In this document: piece by piece, positions 1-13,500 of the stretch
Numbering within the stretch: the first letter of the stretch is position 1
How the letters are laid out: each line of letters begins with the position of its first letter
Assembly: GCA_003344405.1 (NCBI GenBank)
Contig: NOWV01000019.1
Coordinates: 124,001-188,000, forward strand
Reading direction: 5' to 3'
Origin: Trichoplax sp. H2
Lineage: Eukaryota
Length of the DNA stretch: 64,000 nucleotides
Translations under genes and position numbers: made by a program
Notes under the pieces: model-generated
What the model saw: only the letters and a program-made list of their open reading frames with translations
Told to the model about the DNA's origin: nothing
The model's database searches: none

Positions 1-2126
1 CACTGGATTAATATATAATGACGTTATGTCCAAATCCTTGAACATATTTGGCACTGGCTGGATTTTCCCGAAGGACTTGTATTCGTAAGTTACGAATGAA
101 GATTACTCCTGTACTATGCTTTTCTCTTACTAATTGCAAGCGTCTGTAACAAACGTTTCATATTCTTTAGGGCTGAGGTTATCAATAATACTAAACAAAT
201 TGCAATGCCTCCCGATAAAACATTTTCCGGAAGTCCTTACCCATTTGGAGTTGATCCTGTATGCGCTTTAAACAGTTCTTAAGGCCAAATCATTACTGAA
301 ATAACAGTTACTTTTATCGCATATAAACGATTATACCCGTATTATCTATTTACAAGTGTTTTCTCACTAATTTCCTTGTCTATCTTTCAGATTTGGCAGC
401 TGGCACTTAATAAGTTGACATTCTTAAACTCGTTTAAGATGAAGCTATCGGTGATTTTAGGCATTACTCATATGCTGTTTGGTGTTATCCTTAGCCTGTT
501 TAACCACGTGTAAGTAGAAAAGTTGGTTTACTTATTTTTTTCATTTCTGCTAGTAATTGCAGTAGTATGACATATATAACTACTCTATCCCTCTTGGCTG
601 CTTTTAAATTTCTATACCATTTCTAAACTTATTATTTGATGGTTTATTTTGCACAGATACTTTAAGAATCGTGTCAACATTGTAATGGTATTCATACCTG
701 AGGTACAGTAATATTCGGTATCAGACCAGAACTATATCCCTTTTTCTAATACCTATTATTAACCGAAATACCTGCGTCATTAGGTGATATTTCTGCTATC
801 CATATTTGGTTACTTGGTGATAATGATCTTTTACAAATGGTGTATTGTTACCACTTTCTCTAAAAGGGTAAGCAGATAAATTAATTTTATAGTTATTAAA
901 GATTTAGGCTTCTAAGAATCTATCATATGGACTTGTTTAGAAACCAAGCTTATTAATTACACTCATAAACATGGTATTAAGTATTGGAACCGTGAAAAAA
1001 GATCAGCAACTGTATACGGGGCAGGTATGAGGAAGTTTAGTGATAGATAATAGAATTTAGAATTTAGAATTTAGATGACATCTTGTCTTCGTTTTCACTT
1101 TAATAGGCTGGCGTACAAGTATTTTTAGTTGTTTTGGCCGTTATATGCGTACCATGGATGTTGCTTGGTAAACCCCTATATCTTTACTATCGTCACAAGC
1201 ATGTCTATAAGCGCTCAGGGGTACTTATAATTTGATTATTCTCATATTAATGGTTAAATTTTCAATTTAGATTAAATGTTAATGCATTATTGCAGAATTA
1301 TTCTTTAATCAATGACAACACTGCAATAAACGACGATGATCCTCTATTAGATGAACAACCCTCCGAAGAAGCAGCTGAAGTACGTTCTCACATTTTGTAA
1401 ACGTTGTGTGTCAAATGATCAATCTTTTTACTTAGATTTTTTATATCTTGCAGCCGATTGGTAACGAATTTGAATTTGGTGAAATTTTTATAAACAATGC
1501 CATCCATACTATTGAGTACGTGCTGGGATGCATATCGAATACTGCGTCATATTTACGATTGTGGGCTTTAAGTTTAGCTCATGCAGGTAAACGCATCATT
1601 TGCTATAATTATTTTATATGGATTGTTCAATAGACGTTTACTCAATTTTTGTAATGTTAACTTGTAATAGAGTTATCTGAAGTATTGTGGAACATGGAAA
1701 TTAGCAAAATTATTAATTTAAAGATAGGACATGCAGGAGCCTTTGTTTTGTTTGGCGCATTTGCTGGATGGGCAGGTCAATATATAGTAATTAAATACTA
1801 ACGATAAATAATGCACCATGTCATCATTGAAGGATATGTCTTGTTTATGTTGGAAATTGTTACTACGCTTTTATAGGCAGTACAGTAGCAATCCTATTGG
1901 TAATGGAAGGCTTATCTGCTTTTTTGCATGCCTTACGATTGCACTGGTAAGCATATCAATAACCTAATATGTTTGTTAACGTAAATGCTTAATTTAGAAA
2001 TAATCAATGAACAAAATACTCGTTCTTCTTACCAGGGTCGAGTTTCAGAATAAGTTTTACTCCGGCATGGGATATTTATTCCAACCGTTTACTCTTGATG
2101 TCGAAGAGTGGGAAGACGAAAACTGA
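1..2126 (+). CDS. ATP6V0A: V-type H+-ATPase V0 subunit a (116 kDa), 3' part, multi-exon; begins before the window
   Basis: Spliced exons read [111 protein letters not shown]. Stop TGA at 2124-2126. Paralogue number cannot be assigned. Confidence 0.96.
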
Positions 2127-3676
2127 GAAGATTTATAAAATTTACCTAGCCTTATTAGTAATAGATTTTCATATCTTGTTCAGGGTTAGATTCTAGACTC
2201 ACAACTCCGTCCTCACGTTAAATCAACTAGTTGTTGTGGTCAACTCTTGTCTATCACCGGCATGGATATACGTATTCATTAAAACAGAAGTTAGCTATAA
2301 TATTTACAGATCTTGTTCACTGCTATCAAGGACACACCTAATTTGCAGAAAATTCGATGTTGTTTTTGCTAATGCAGTGATAGAAAATTACATTTTATGG
2401 GGTACAAATTGTTAAATGGAATCTATATATTTCTAGCCTCATTATGTGCAAAGAATTAATTGAGTTAAATTCGCAGTGCACGCGTTGTTTATTAAAACTT
2501 ATCAATTTCTTTAAATAAAATACTGGTACTAGCAAGTATGTTAATTAACTATACAATCTGTACTGTGTCTACCTGTGATATATATGGCAAGATGAGTTAG
2601 CCTATGTACGCGTAATATTGAGTACTATGGCATTGCATTCAGAAATGACGTCAACTAGATGCTATAGGGAATGATTTACATATTATTAGAGTTCATACGG
2701 TTAGCGCAACTTTCTTTACATAATATTTAAGCCTAATATCACATACGTTATTTAGCGTAAAACTGAAGTAAAAAGGTAGTAAATGCATTCAGTCAGCAAT
2801 GAACTACATTATACCTCTTCATATATTGTTTTCAATTTTACTTCTAATAAGAAGCTGACGATTAGAGTGATCCCATGGTCTTTACACGTTTTGCGATAGA
2901 AATCAATTTTCGTAACTGGCATGAATACTTTGTTGTACAAACATATAGAATTGAAGCTATAACGCGGGTTATACAAAGATCGGTTTGTAACTACATGTTA
3001 CTATAAACCATTTGATTAGAGCATCGTATACTGTACTCTTACAGCTTGGATGTTCGATGACTTATTTCGATCGCTCAAGCTGAAGAGCTTCTAGACATCT
3101 TGATATACCGAAGCACTAACATAAATATGCCATCAACTAGCAGTACGCTTACCAGACTGTACGTACTTACGTGTAGATATCCTTATAGCTTTCCCTCTTA
3201 CCACACTATCAGCACAATGTAAAACATGTTTTTCTATTTTGCACTTTCATCATACTACCGTTTAAAGCAATCCATAAATCAACTGCCACTTTTATGTAAC
3301 TCATTACTGTACCGCAGTCTACAGTAAACTAATTTATATATAATTACAACAACTACTGCTGCTAGGTTTTAGATATATAATACTTGTAACTTCCCTACCT
3401 TCTGTCAACCCAACTTAAAATACGCTGCTTTATTTTGCAACTGTATCATGCTATCACTTAAATTATTCCTTCAATTCTATCTAAATTAATCTACCGATAT
3501 CAGTCTAGTTTTAACGACCTCGCTATTAGCAATCCAAGTACCGCGTTTCTAGCCAGCGTAACACGGGTGTAACCTATCTATTTTCCATGTATAATTACTT
3601 CTTACCATCGACAGGCAGAGAATGGCGGCTCATGCTTGAATTTTTTCTTAAATCAAAAGCAGGCCTCTTTACACCC

Positions 3677-4140
3677 TGATCTACCTACAAACTACATTAA
3701 TATAAATATGCCTTTGATAGATAATGTGTCCACTAAATTAAAAATTGGCCTAGTTTCTGACTCAATGTAGCTAACCAATGTTTGTCTATGGCATCTTGAT
3801 CTCCATACAAACTACACTAATATAAACATGCCGCCAACGAACAATTGTAATGCACTCGCAAGACAACAGATTTACCTGATGACTAAGTCAATGTAGGTAA
3901 CCGATGCTTGAACTGCATACAATATTATGCAACCTATGCAGATAATACAAATACTGCATGAGCAATAAATCTACCTACTCCCTGATCTACATAGAAATTA
4001 CCCCAGTATAAACATGCCATCAACGAATAATTAATGCGACTGCTAGATTGCCAAATCGCCTAATCATAACTTAATGTCGCTAACTGATACTTGAACTGTA
4101 TACTACACTATGGCAACTGGGCAGACTATACAAATGCAGT
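3677..4140. repeat. Degenerate tandem repeat, about 3 units
   Basis: Motif TGATCT(A/C)C(C/A)TA(C/G)AAA...TATAAA(C/T)ATGCC at 3677, 3797 and 3983, with shared downstream AATGT(A/C)G(C/G)TAAC. A weaker copy lies near 3100. Confidence 0.7.
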
Positions 4141-4175
4141 ATGGGTAAGAAGAAAATCCGCATACTCATGTTACT

Positions 4176-4204
4176 GTTGCTATGACATTGTTGCCCCTAG
4201 CAAC
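4176..4204. promoter_or_regulatory. Tandem RFX X-box motifs upstream of DNAH7
   Basis: GTTGCTATGACAT (4176-4188) and GTTGCCCCTAGCAAC (4190-4204), about 300 bp upstream of the predicted ATG of a motile-cilia gene. Confidence 0.7.
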
Positions 4205-4500
4205 AAGATTATCATCTAATCAAACGCATTATTGCAATTTATTAGGATATACAGTAGAAATCTTAAGTAATTTTTATAATACAGTCAAAAACTTGATCAA
4301 GGCAGAAGCCAATTTGATGCTATAACTGTTGAAGAAATCAACTAATTGACTTGATCAAACTGAAAGAGAAAATTTCCCCCCAGTCTATGGATATTGGTTA
4401 TTGCAAACTCCAATTGAAGCTGAATTGAGCTGTGGGAATTTAGTCCATCGCAATTGAATTAATATCAGTGAAAATCTGATATTAATCGACCATTATAATC

Positions 4501-7500
4501 ATGGAGAATCAGGTAATTAGGATAATTATATAGAGAGTTACATTTCGTTGATGAAGATAGAGATAGTAATAAAGGATAGGTGTAATAATAGGCATACTAT
4601 CGGCATGGATATCGTATTCGATTTTGTTTTTCACCAAGTAGGATAGATGAAATAGTATACTATTAAGATCGTGCTATCACTTGTTATTTCCTATCATAAT
4701 TATCGAAACAGCAGCATTCATTGCTTACTATTATGGGGCGTACTAGAAGAAGTTGTTGTCAACGATAAATTAACAGTCCCCATACAATAACTTTGGATAG
4801 TTAAGTAGCTATTTTAACCTCGATGAGATAGCTAAAATTACATTTCTACGCATACTTATAAAATATACAACATAACCATAAACTTTATCAAAATTAATCC
4901 AACATGGCAGATGGTAAAGTTGCACTTGAACGCTAAATCGAATAACTGAACAGTAAAAGAGTAGATTACAATTCTTGGATTATCTTAATTGTCCTTGACT
5001 ATACTGATGTTATGGCATTTTTTCCTATGTCACTATAGTTATTTCCGCAAGCGAAAACACATGGCAAAAAGACTGGCTCACCTCTTACTTATTTGCCATC
5101 ACTTTCAGAAGTAAATAACATACTCGGATAGAATATCTATGCACTTGATCTAGTCCAATAATGATTCTGTCCTCTATAGCATTGATTCATCGTAGAAAGT
5201 AGATTACCGTCGTATTGACATCTAACTATCAATGCGAATTAGTGCTATCGGATATGAAACAATCACAAGTGTATTAGTATGTTACTATAGAGATCGATGA
5301 CGAATAGTGAAAAAATAAATCTAGTTTTTTATGTTAGAGAAGAAGGATTTACTGTCCTTTCTATTCTCCTATATGGAGACTTTTTTTCTATGAAGATCAA
5401 TGGACGGCTACGGTATCGGTTAGAATGAAAAGAATTCATATGAGATTAAATCATATTTTATTACATCTTACATCATGTAGAAACGAGTTAAACCATCGTG
5501 GAAGAATTTTTCGCCATCGTTCACATTGGATGTAGATGGCACTCAGAATGGTCCTGAACCTGAATTAAATGGAAGATTAAAAGCGAAATACACAACAGGT
5601 AAAAAGAAAATTGGGGGCACTTTTTAGAACAGCGGAAAGGCATTTCGTGACAATGCTATCTATCAATTATTTGGATAAACGAAGACGATAATGTAACTAT
5701 TTTGATCATCTCTTTCCATTTTACTTTAGGCAATCCTGTCATTAAAAAAGATCGCCATAGTAAATCAAAGTCATGGGATCCAACTAAAAGTAAGAATGAG
5801 GGTAAACAGGCAGCAGCAAATGGCCACACTACCGCTCCATCCAGGAAGTTTATTCAACCTAAAAGAGATCGTGAAAATTTTCGTAGCGCCATCGTAAATA
5901 TTATCATGTAAGATGATCATTTAAAAATGAAGAGAAAAAGCTCTAGGAATAGCACCGACAACAGATGGATAACGCCATTTTTTTTCTATTTCCTTAGGCG
6001 AGAAGAATCCCCTCCTTCAACACCTTCACTTCTCGATGGCGAATTACCGCCCATTACTCGCTCCGGTTCGCCTAATTCAGCAGAGAAAGATATTCTGGTA
6101 CGTAGTTCTCCATCACTTCATGCAATTGAATTCCATATCAATTAAATTTTTATCGTCTTACCAATTCCTCCACTTTTTTTTCTTCTTTCTTTCCTCCACT
6201 TCCATCCTGGAATTAATTCATTATCACCATTTTACAGCGCTATTATTACTATATACACAATGGTATTGACACAGAGCATGTAGCACCTATGGAAGATCAA
6301 TGGCTTAACAATGTTCTGTCATTAATTTCTGAACGTCTGAAGGTTAATAGCAACAAATTTGACGATTCATAATATTCATAGAACAACGTAGTTAAACATG
6401 CTTGGAAAAGAGTGATTATTCTTTTGATTTCACCGGTTATCCTTGAAAGAAATATACTCATTTTCTGTTCCTTCTTAGCTTGATCGTGATAAAAGTATCG
6501 AATTACTATCGGACGAAATGAGAGAAGATTACTTATTAAGCGTTAAAAAAGCAATCGGTTAGTAGTTTGAGCAAGTTAGTACGAGTAAAAGCAGTCTACA
6601 GGGATAGATCTAAACCTGTCGATGGTATTTCTTTTTCAGTTGATTTTGTTCTCAAAGATCCAAGAGAGAATACGGATGCAGAAAAAGAAGAAGTACTGCC
6701 CTATAAAGCAGAGTAAGTTCCTAATGATCCAGTTTGTATAGTTTTTTTTTCTCTCTCTCTCTTTCTCTTGAATTAGAAGTTATCCATGCTTACTCAGTCA
6801 ATATCTTGTACCAAAAAATAGGTTAGAAAAAGTACCAAAACCATGGGCAAAATCTTATATCGTCGGTAGGACCGTGATCCTACAAGAGCTCCATATTACA
6901 AATCCTACCATGGCAGCAGTCTTGGACTTGTGGTATAAAAACTACGGGTTAGTGATCGAGAATAATTCGCCCAATCTATTCCACAGTTTCCTATGCTATT
7001 GCTTTGATGCTTACAAAACGAAAATCTTAAAATGGCAACTTTTTATCGCCTAGTATTGATCATTCTTTACCTTATCCATCATATAACAACATCTCTTATG
7101 GACTGTGCTTTGCATAGCGATACTTTTAAAAATTAACTTGAGAAAATCATTTATGATTCCGATCGCATTGATGATAATATTTTAAATATCCATTTATTCC
7201 TGATGATTAGAGATTTACGCCTGATCTCAGTTGAAGAAATACGCCAGCTACCCGATTCAATGGAATTACCTTTCTTTCAAAATTTAATTATGCAACACAT
7301 AGAAAGTACCAAGGATACTCTAACGAAGAGGTAAAGGAAAATTTTACTTATAGATCTTGAAATCGATAGCCTTCAAAGGATGGCGGTTTTATCATTTGTA
7401 TGCGTACCAGTGTAATTTCTTTTTCAATCCAATGTCTAATTAACATCTTTATTCTGACCCTTTCAAGATGGTTTCCAGCTATACAAAATATATTTTATCA

Positions 7501-10500
7501 AGGCAATAAGCGAAAGCAGGTGCCATCCAACCAAAGCCCTCGACGATTAGATTCTTTCTTCAATGCCGCCGCTACACTCATGGGCAATCACTTACAAAAT
7601 TTAGCTTTAAATTCGCTATCGGATTATATGGAAATGTTTTCGCCGAATGAAATGTCTGTTCTTGCTTATCCTAATCCTGGTTTTGTAATCCGATTGATTG
7701 TGGAAGGAACACGTTTAAAATTTGAGCCTGATTTCGAAGACTTCGAGGCTATTTTACTCAATGTTTGTGATATCATCATTAAAGCCGTCTCAGTCATTCC
7801 AAGAGTAGAGACAAAATTATATCAAGACATATCGGGGATTGGTAAAACTCATCTAAAACCAATCATCTTGGAGGAGATTTTAGTGGCTACCAAAGATAGA
7901 ATCAAAGAAATTATTTGGCATGAATCACTTGGGCCTAAACAATTTGCTAAAAACTTTAATAAATACGAGTTTTTAACCTTGAAACAGGTTCATAACATAA
8001 TTTTAAAGACATAGTTTGAGTTAGAATCGGATCTAAGTAGGCTAAGATTTTCATAAAATAGGTTAGTAAACATTTTTAACGCTTTCTTTAGGCTGATGAT
8101 GATGTGGAGAAATTCTTAAACGAAGACCATAGTTTCAAGGAATACATGAAGGTATTTCAATAACTCATGGATTAGCTCTCTGAATTGCTGAGCTTATCCA
8201 TTAAATTTGGGGTATTTTGGGACATTTTAGGAAGTAGAGAAATATAGAAATGTCATGGAAGATATTATTTATAAGATGCGGAGAGTAATTCGCCTAGGAA
8301 TGTTTGAATTACATTGTGATGAAGCAATTCGTTCCCTCTCGAAGAGAGCAGAAAGTCTTAGCACAAGACTACTACGAACAATGTCCGACAAGCATCAGGA
8401 ATTGAATAAGAAGTAAGTCAGGAAATGCATGGACTGAAATTAGTTTATAACGAGTTGAGCCCAAAAGAATAACGATAATGTTTTTGAAATTATAGACTCT
8501 GTGCTGAGTACGAAAAAATAGCTGAAAAAGCGCTCATGTCGCCAACAAACACTGAACACTTGATGGAATTAAAGGTTAGAATATGCAATCCAGTAACCCT
8601 TATGGAATCAATTATTTGAAAAGTATCCATTTCCTTCTTGGTGTAACTAAGTTGTCAATATCTTTTCGTCTTCGTAAACGATTGTTTCTCGTAGGAATAT
8701 ATTGAAAAAGTGGAACTGGATACTGTATTTGATCTAGAAGACGATTTAGTCGATGCTAAAGACAGGCTGTCCTATTTGGTAAGTCATAAAAAGTATTACT
8801 GGATTTATTTCTCTATAGATTAATGGCTAAATTTGATGGTTAATGAATCCATCTTCTCATTATCGTAGGCCGACTATGTCTCCTTCTCACCAGCAGAGAT
8901 GAGACAAAATAGCAACACCTTCCAATGGCATGATCGAATGTCGCAAATCTTCAGCGAGCATAAATCTATCATTAAATCTAGCAGAGTCCAATTTGAAAAT
9001 AGCTTAAAAGTAAGTTTAGGTGCTTGCTATTACTGTATCTACTTTAAAGCTAATGTATCCTTTCTTCACTCTTTCTTTAAATAGCTGAGACGAGAAAGAT
9101 TTATCGAAGAATTGGAAGGATATAATAAACAATTGGAAGAATTTAAGGTAATGATGACAAAAATTGTTGATTCTCGTTTGGGATCATTCCTTTTAATTGG
9201 ATATTATTTTCAATTAATCTGTTGAAATACGCTTTCATTAAATAACGTTGTCTCCATACTTTTACCTAAATTCATCGCTCTCTTTAGTCATTTGGCGATA
9301 TCCAAGATATCCATCGATACCTGAAGAAAGCACAAGCACTAAATACTCGACTAGAAGCAGCTGCTGATAAAATTGATGCCTTCAATAAAGAAGAGGAAGC
9401 ATTCGAGTGGCAATGTACTCAATATCCACTACGAAATCAAATTCTCAATACGCTCAATCCCTACTTACGATTATATGAGCAAACAGTTAACTTCCAAAAT
9501 AAATATAAATCATGGTGGGATGGTCCTATTCATGAAGTGGATCCTGATAATGTCGAACAAGAGGTTGGTGCTTTCTATCGTGGACTGTATAAATTGGAGA
9601 AAACATTTGCAGATTTACCAGCTCCCAAGAAAATCGCTACCAAAATTAGAAGCAAAGTGGAAGACTTTAAACAACATTTACCACTTATTTCTGTCTTGTG
9701 CAATCCTGGACTTCGTGATCGCCATTGGGATGATATGGCTGCTCATACTGGATATCCCATTAAACCGGATAACGAAGCCACTCTTTCAAAGATGGTTAGC
9801 TTAAATTTAGATTCCTATCTGCCGCAATTTGAAGGAATCAGCGAAGCAGCCAGTAAAGAATATGCTCTAGAAAAAGCTCTAGCCAAGATGAACGTTGAAT
9901 GGGAAGATGTTTTATTTAAAATTATCCCCTATCGTGAAACTGGTACTTATATCCTCACATCGATCGATGATATCCAAACTTTATTAGACGACCACATCGT
10001 TAAAACCCAAACTATGCGTGGATCACCGTTTATCAAGCCTTTCGAGGAATCCATTCATAAGTGGGAAAGTACATTGATCCTTCTACAAGATGTTCTCGAT
10101 GAATGGTTGAAAGTCCAAGCTACTTGGCTCTATCTTGAGCCCATCTTTAGCTCGCCAGATATTATGGCGCAAATGCCGGAAGAAGGAAGACGATTTAGTA
10201 CCGTGGATAAACATTGGCGAGATATTATGAAAGCGGTCTTTGCTGATCCACATGTCTTAGCCGTAGCTGAAATTGATAAACTAGCAGAAAGATTGAAAAA
10301 ATCCAACGAATTACTAGAATTAATCCAGAAAGGACTGAATGAATATCTTGAAAAGAAACGATTATATTTTCCCCGTTTTTTCTTCTTATCCAATGATGAA
10401 TTATTGGAAATTTTATCGGAAACCAAAGATCCTACACGTGTTCAACCTCATCTTAAGAAATGTTTTGAAGGAATTGCTCGTTTAACTTTTACTGAAACTC

Positions 10501-13500
10501 TGGAAATTACCCATATGCAAAGCAGTGAAAAAGAAATTGTACCGCTAACAGATGCTATCTCCACTTCTAAAGCGCGAGGGCAAGTGGAGAAATGGCTGTT
10601 AGAATTAGAAGGCATCATGATTAAAAGTATTCGCAAAGTTATCGCCGATGCCCGCGATGCCTACGTTAATTCAGCTAGGAATCAATGGGTAACCGATTGG
10701 GTTGGACAATCTGTCTTGTGTGTTTCACAATTATATTGGACCAGCCAAGTCCATGAAGCCATTCGAGAAGGCCATGATAAAATGAAAGACTATCTACAAA
10801 AATGTAATAATCAACTGAGTGATATTGTCGAATTAGTGCGTGGTAAATTATCCGCTCAAAATCGCGTTACATTAGGCGCTTTGGTAGTGCTAGAAGTCCA
10901 TTCTCGCGATGTCTTGAGTAAATTAATTGATGATAAAGTAAGCAGTGAAACTGATTTTCAATGGCTTAGCCAATTGCGCTATTATTGGGAAAGCGAAAGT
11001 TTAATTACCAGGATGATTAATTCCACTTTAGCCTATGGCTATGAATATTTGGGCAATACAGGCCGCTTAGTAATAACGCCCTTGACGGATCGATGCTATC
11101 GAACCTTATTTGGAGCTCTTCATTTGCATTTAGGTGGTGCACCAGAAGGTCCTGCAGGCACAGGTAAAACTGAAACAGTCAAGGATCTTGCCAAAGCGGT
11201 TGCTAAGCAATGTGTGGTATTTAACTGTTCAGATGGCTTAGATTACATTGCTTTAGGTAAATTCTTCAAAGGTTTAGCATCTTGTGGTGCTTGGTCATGC
11301 TTTGATGAATTTAACCGTATCGATTTAGAAGTATTATCTGTTGTCGCTCAGCAAATTTTAACTATCCAACGAGGCATAAATCAAGGCCTGGATACTTTAT
11401 TATTTGAAGGCACTGAAATTAAATTAGATCCTACTTGTTCTGTATTCATTACTATGAATCCTGGCTATGCTGGTCGATCTGAATTACCGGATAACTTAAA
11501 AGCGTTATTCCGTACAGTAGCCATGATGGTACCCGATTATGCTATGATTGCTGAAATAGTTTTATATTCCTTTGGTTTCGTCACAGCTCGACCTCTTTCG
11601 GTCAAGATTGTAGCAACCTATCGCTTATGTTCCGAACAATTATCATCCCAACATCATTATGATTACGGTATGCGAGCTGTTAAATCGGTTTTAACTGCTG
11701 CTGGCAACTTAAAACTTAAATATCCCGACGAAAATGAAGATATTCTCATGCTACGTTCCATCCAAGATGTCAACTTGCCCAAATTTCTATCGCATGATCT
11801 GCCATTATTCGAGGGCATTGTATCTGATTTATTTCCTGGTGTTAAACTACCTAAGCCAGACTATGCTCTTTTATCCGCTGCAATCGAAGATAATTGTAAA
11901 CGAATGAATTTACAATTAACCGATACCTATTTAACCAAGATTTTGCAATTATACGAAATGATTACCGTTCGCCATGGGTTGATGATTGTTGGTGAACCTT
12001 TTGGAGGCAAGACCTCAGCTTATCGGGTATTAGCAGCTGCACTCTCCGATATTGCTGATCGTGGATCACTCAACGAAAATAAAGTACAAATCACCGTCAT
12101 TAATCCTAAATCCATTACCATGGGCCAACTATATGGATGCTTCGATCCCGTATCCCATGAATGGTCAGATGGTGTTTTAGCAGTTAGCTATCGCGCATTT
12201 GCTACTTCAACCACTCAAGATCGTAAATGGTTAGTCTTCGATGGTCCTGTCGATGCTATTTGGATTGAAAATATGAATACTGTATTAGATGATAATAAAA
12301 AATTATGCTTAATGTCTGGTGAAATTATTCAGCTAGCACCAACAACCAACTTGATATTTGAGCCAATGGATTTGGAAGTAGCCTCTCCAGCTACTGTAAG
12401 TCGCTGTGGCATGATTTATATGGAGCCACAAATGCTCGGTTGGCGACCTCTAATGTTATCATGGCTGAATAATTTACCTAAGACCATGAATAGTGATCAT
12501 AAATTGTTAATGACAAGTTTATTTGATCGCTTAGTACCACCTGCATTGCAATTTATCCGTAAAGGCGGATTTAAAGAAATTTCAGCAACTTCCGATACTA
12601 ATTTAGTCAACTCATTAATGAACTTGATGGATAGTTTAATGGATGAATTCCGCGATGAAGTTAAATTTACAACGCTGTCTGAATACGAAATCAACTCATG
12701 GATCGAGTGTATCTTTTTATTTTCTTTTGTATGGTCTATTGGAGCAACTATTACCGAAGATGGCCGAGTTGTATTTGATACTTTACTACGTGATCTTATG
12801 CAAGAAGGTTTATACGATGACAAAGGCAAAAAATATGGTATTAGCATCACCGTTGAGCCACCTATTCGACCATTTATATGCCCTTTCCCAGATGAAGGAC
12901 TTGTTTATGATTATCGATTTATTAAAGAAGGGCCTGGACGATGGGAAGCTTGGACCGATACAATCAATCAATCAGCTGCTATTCCAAAAGATATTACATT
13001 TAATCAAATTATCGTGCCCACCATTGATACTGTCCGCTATAGTTATTTAATGGAAACATTATTAACCCATGATAAGCCGACGTTGGTTGTTGGCCCGACA
13101 GGTACTGGAAAATCGACCTATATCCAAGATTTCTTATTAAATCGCCTACCAAAGGATACTTATCGACCTGTATTTATCAACTTTTCCGGACAAACTACAG
13201 CTAATCAAACTCAAGATATTATCATGTCTAAGTTGGATAAAAGACGTAAAGGTATCTATGGTCCACCATTAGGGAGGAGGACCATCGTCTTTGTCGACGA
13301 TGTTAATATGCCGGCTCGCGAAATCTATGGAGCGCAACCACCAGTTGAATTATTACGCCAATTCCTCGATCATAAAATGTGGTATGATCGTAAAGATAAT
13401 ACACAGCAAAAATTGATTGATATCCAATTAATTTGTGCTATGGGACCACCCGGAGGTGGCCGTAATCCAGTTACTCCGCGATTTTTACGCCATTTCAATC

